Below the pieces are notes generated by a model, which saw nothing but the letters and a program-made list of their open reading frames with translations, searched no databases and was not told where the DNA came from. Below are positions 57,481 to 64,000 of a stretch of DNA of 64,000 bases, one piece after another; the first letter of the stretch is position 1; each line of letters begins with the position of its first letter. The translations under genes were made by a program, and so were the position numbers. Source of the DNA: Eledone cirrhosa. Its lineage: Eukaryota. The DNA is taken from contig OZ024740.1 of assembly GCA_964016885.1 (NCBI GenBank), forward strand, positions 161,200,001 to 161,264,000, in the 5' to 3' direction.

Positions 57481-57609
57481 CTAGTCTACGAGTATTTTCA
57501 TATGTATCATATTAAGCAGCAACTTTTCAACGTTAATTTCGTTTGAAACGAAATATACCTTGTATTGTTTGACAATACTGCAAAGTCAAGATCTGATATT
57601 TCCTTTCAT

Positions 57610-57800
57610 TGGTGGATTGGTAGTATCGGTAGAGGGTCGGACGCCATGCTTTGCAGCAAAGAGTTACGGCCCTTTATGGTCTGAGTTCAAATCCCGCCGA
57701 GGTTAACTTTGCCTTTCATCCTTACGGGGTCGATAAAATAAAGTACCAGTAATACACTGGGATAATTGCTGGCCTTGTGCCAAATGTAGAAACAATTATT
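57610..57800 (+). mobile_element. Full-length SINE copy (about 190 bp)
   Basis: A box, B box gagttcaaatccc, central core resembling the Meta domain, tail gtagaaacaattatt. Confidence 0.9.
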
Positions 57801-60747
57801 TATTGCTTTGGGATCTTGTTAATGGCAGCAAATAGTGATGAGAATAGAAAGTAAAAAGAAACGGGAACGTGTTATTGAAGCTGTCACTGTTTTTAATGAA
57901 ATAATATGATTTTTCATGCATGTGTTTGAACATTTTAATAACCTTTTCTGACGTCCTTACAACAGAAAAATTATTCATACATCCAGTCTAGCAATATTGT
58001 TGGCGGCTTCGATGAATTTAAAACAACCAGAATCTGAATTTTTTTCTGAATTTATTAAAACGCTGTTTAATGTAGGAAATCAGCTCGACATCTAAAGATA
58101 TCCCGATCTTCTGTAGCATTCAATGTCAAAGATATTGCCCATTTAGTTAGCACTGGTCCTTACATGATAAGGATAACATTAAAATAATAAACACATATCA
58201 GTACAGAAACAGTATATGATTTTATCGAATCTACGTTAATATCTAAATTAATAGACTGACAAAAGTAACCGTCATTTTTACGTTTTTGTTGGCGGATCGA
58301 TAAAGTGGGCATGGTCTGACTTTAGTTCCGACTCTAAAACACAAAAACCATGTATAACTTCCCTCTCCCAACGGAGAAATACGCAATTACTTCTTTTGTA
58401 AGGCCGCTAAAAAATGTAATAAAATAATTGTCAACATACTGACAACCACAATACGAATAAGTGATATACAGACATCTATGATATATACTGTATTTGTAAA
58501 GACAAATAACAGAACTGTGACATTTTGAACCACCCAACCACATACGCAGTCGACTGTAAGATAAATAACTACAAAATTACATCAGCGTTGTATTTACTGG
58601 TTTACATTTATAAAGATCTAAATCGAAAAGAATATTCTAGATGTTAATTTACTGTCGGTAAGCTTTGTTTAATTCTTTTCACCATTGCATGACCTCAGAA
58701 CTGCCACATTCTTTTCAAACTGGAATATTTTGTGGATAAATAAAAATATTTCTTTTTAACACATTGATTGCCATTGCCTTTTATCAACGATAATTTATTT
58801 TTGTTCCCGTGCATAGGTGCCGGCGAAGACGGTGATGAATGAATAATTTTGACTAGTTTAAAAGAAAACGAGAAAAAAAATATTTAAGGAAAAGCAAAAC
58901 ATAGCAAATAAATAAAACCATCTGGCTTTCCTGTCTAGGCGACGTGCAGAGATATTAATTTGTGAACACTTGTGGGAAATCTCATTCAATCTTATTTAGT
59001 ATGGTATTAGGTTTTAAGATTGCAGATGTGATATCAAACGTCTGACATATCGAACAGTGTTTTGCTAAGTATAAAAGGAATATATTATTTTCAAGGAAAA
59101 AAATACGAAGAAAAATAAAACTGTGTTCACACTTAAGATTGCTTTATTGTTTGCTTTTAATCTAATGTTATTCCATTCCAACATTCCTACATTTATATTT
59201 CTTCACCTGATGTGAATGGAGATATAGATTTGAATAGAGGAAAGTTTGAAAAGGAAAAGAGAAAAATGTATCACTATCCGGTTCAATTCGTGTTGTTTTG
59301 TAAAATAACGAATCTATTGTAATATATTTTGGCAAGATGTTTATCTGAAATTATATAATGGGTTTCAAATATTGTATTTTGATAGGGTCAATTCTGCCAG
59401 TATCCACACACAATATCTAGGATACTTAACTCTTTTATTGGTTTCAGTTATTAGATTGCTCCAAGGGTTTTAGTCCATTATATCAACCCAAGTCCTAATT
59501 TTATTTCAAACATGGTAATCGTTTTATTGAAGTCTATAGTTCGAACCACTCGTGTACGGAACATAAAGAAAATACCGATTGTTATATGGTATTCTAGTTT
59601 TTACATGTAACGTTTTCGATTGTAGTCGTTTTTCCGAATATTTTTGTTTAGCCCCATATGGCAAGCTGGTAAAAGCATTAGAGCATAGGAGAAAATACCT
59701 TGGAGTTTATGTTTCGGCTCCTTGTATTCTAATTAAAGTCCAGTTGGGGTCAAAGTTACCTTTCATTTTTCTTGGGTTGATAAATCAAATTCAAGTGATC
59801 TGAATTCAAATCCCACGGTAACTTACCAATTGTTCACTTTAACACCACTGCTACGGTCTTTGGTGTTTTGCGGTCCATTCTGATTATAATCTAATTAACT
59901 CCTCTCCTCTAATTAACTGATGAAAATATGTCAAAGCTGTTCGAGCAGAATTATTACTAAAGACATTCCAATTGAGAACATTTCAATTTTACAGAATTAC
60001 ATTATCTAATGTGTATTATCTTCTATTTCTTTATTTTTTTCGCTTAGTCGAAAGAAAAGTAAGAGCTCTTATGATCGTTTCAGAATTCCATAGACTAGTG
60101 ACGAGGAGGAAGATATGCTCCAACTGGAGACGCGTCAAGAATGTTTACAAAAGCGATAATTCTGCTAAAAACTCAAATGACATATTGGTTGGTGAAATAA
60201 ATCTTCCTCACAAAATATCGAAACGGTCCCTCCTATGTAATTTTATTTACATCTAGCTGCTATCTCCAGCAGGTTACGCTACCATATAGTGTCCGTTCAG
60301 CAATAAATTTGGAGTGTGAATGACCTTGAAAAGATGATTCCGTGTTGGTAGTTGTGTTTCTTCACATAGAACAAAATAGTTTTTAGGGACAAAGAAATAT
60401 GCTGCTGCTACTACCACCTTTCTCTCTATATATATATACACAAGAGTTCCTTTTCCAGTCTCCTTCGCAACAAGGAAGATGAAAAACATCTTACCTCAAC
60501 ACGTAAATTTAAATCTTTAATTTTTAGTTTTTAATCCTTATTAATTCTTTTTAATTGTAATACTCAACATTTAATAAGATCAATTTTACTAATATATCGA
60601 AACCGGTAATACTTTATATACATTATAAAACTCTATTTTTTACAGAATCGTCCCTCTCATTTTTTCAATAATGCCACTTCTCCAAAGAAAGGAGAAAAAA
60701 GAAAAACAGACCCGTGCTATTTCCAATTTCACCTTCTCTTTCTCTCT

Positions 60748-62521
<1,774 letters not shown>

Positions 62522-62564
62522 AATAAATAACAAAGAACGCCTATAGCATATGCATTTCTTTACT

Positions 62565-62610
62565 TGCTAACATTGTTTCATCCGCACTATAAGTGGGACT
62601 CATCAGAGCA
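62565..62610 (-). ncRNA. Type I hammerhead ribozyme, antisense to the adjacent PLE ORF
   Basis: Minus strand: tgct CTGATGA gtcc-cact-tat-agtg-c-ggat GAAAC aat GTT agca. Confidence 0.82.
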
Positions 62611-62711
62611 TAAAGGTTAATTACATACCATACAAGCAATAACAAATCCAAGACATTGAAGAATGAAAAATAATAATAGACGATAAAGGAGATTAAGTAA
62701 GTAAAAGTAAA

Positions 62712-63591
62712 ATGAACCAGCAGGGCACCATTAGTCTAAGTAATAGCAATGGTAGGCCTCGCAGCTCCCCGCATAGACTAGGTGAGCATAGGAACCGTAG
62801 AAATAATAATTCTAATAATACTGATGGAAATAGAAAGAATAAAAAGAATAGAAGAAGATTGAATACATACTTCAACCCCCCTTTTAATTCTGAAGTGGCT
62901 ATAAATATTCCTAGGGCCTTCTTCTCTGTGTTGGAAAGGAACTTCCCTCCTGGTAATAGGTACCACTCTATCCTCAATAAGAATGTTGTTAAACTTTCGT
63001 ATTCTACAACCCAAAATCTGGCCTCTCATCTGGCCATTACTAATAATAAGAAAATAAAAGAAGGCCTGGACAACCTAAGCCTAGGGGAAAACACGGTAGT
63101 GGACAGAGTGGGCAGAAACACAAGTGGGGATCATTCTGAGAATAGCATCACCAGAGGTTGTAACTGTAGAAGGGCTTCAGGCTGCCCCCTGAATGGTTTC
63201 TGCCTTGTTAGAAACATAGTTTATGCGTGTGATGTAGTAACTACGGCGTCCACTAAGACCTATATAGGATCAACCTCCACCCCCTTTAAGACCAGGTTTA
63301 ACTCTCACCAATGCACTTTTAGACATAATAAACTGAGGAACTCCACCTCCTTGGCAGCGTACGTCCATAATTTAAAAAATGCACGAACACATTCATTACA
63401 CACTTACTTGGCGGCAGGTTGCTAAATCCCATCCATATACTCCTCATAATAGAGTATGTAACCTATGCCTTGCCGAATCCCACTCTATTATATTTGCTAA
63501 ATGCCCTCTACTAAATAGAAAGTCTGAAATATTTTCCTCTTGCCCCCACCGAATATTAAGCTCTTTCTTCTACTTTAAACCTGTTAGCTAG
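62712..63591 (+). pseudogene. Naiad-type PLE C-terminal region with GIY-YIG endonuclease, no RT; one frameshift near 63380
   Basis: YFNPPF..FPP..KLSYS, CxCx5Cx5C (CNCRRASGCPLNGFC), IVY..YIGST..FKTRFNSH, CNLCLAE..LLNRKSE..CPH. Confidence 0.85.
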
Positions 63592-64000
63592 CACTTCCTT
63601 ATTCCTCCAGTTGGGCTGTCTTGTGCAACTGTCTCTGATTGTGTGTAACTGTCTCCTATTGTTGGTCGTCTATGTATATGAGTCGGTGAATGTATACGTA
63701 TGCCTGTGGGAGGATATTGATCTGGATATTGGGGTGTACAGGTGAGTGGGTGTGTATGTTAATAAGCACCCCTGTTTGGCACAGCGGATGTAACCCATCC
63801 ACGCTCGCCTACCCACCATTGGTGCATTGGTGGGTCTATCCTGACGTATATCTTGTGGATCTGTACCTCTGTATGCGCATGAGTTGTGATGTAATGTATT
63901 TATGTAAAGCGTGTACTGTGATTTAGGCTGCACTAATAGAAATTTAGCCTGTAACTGTGGGCGGATCTGTGCCATCCCGCCGTAAGCAGTGGATACGTGG

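Noticed and set aside
57610-57700. tRNA gene
   Set aside because: A and B boxes are present but there is no cloverleaf; it is a SINE head. The same applies near 37405-37450.

Overview
This is AT-rich, microsatellite-dense eukaryotic DNA that looks intergenic or intronic. The SINE family and repeat landscape suggest an octopus-like cephalopod (inference). No host gene can be called confidently, and nearly all the long poly-YI/VC/ER ORFs are microsatellite artefacts. The window is a pile of retroelements sorted by microsatellite. (1) (TAA/TTA)n tracts hold five Tx1-type L1-clade LINE copies (one near full length), two R4/Dong-type RLE fragments and many copies of a tRNA-derived SINE whose 3' tail resembles the Tx1 3' end. 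(2) (TA)n tracts hold Penelope-like element (PLE) pieces: a deleted Neptune-type copy, a Naiad-type GIY-YIG fragment, and several large fold-back palindromes. By eye I count about 10 complete and several degenerate type I minimal hammerhead ribozymes (HHR) from many unrelated families, including U3-A8 core variants. The most interesting item is at 44.2-45.8 kb: two non-coding HHR-containing units (about 559 and 448 nt) present as partial head-to-tail repeats, which are candidate retrozymes (circular-RNA-derived non-autonomous retroelements). RTE, CRE, Helitron-like, piggyBac-like and Tc1/mariner-MITE remnants are also present. All calls come from reading the sequence; no searches or folding were run.
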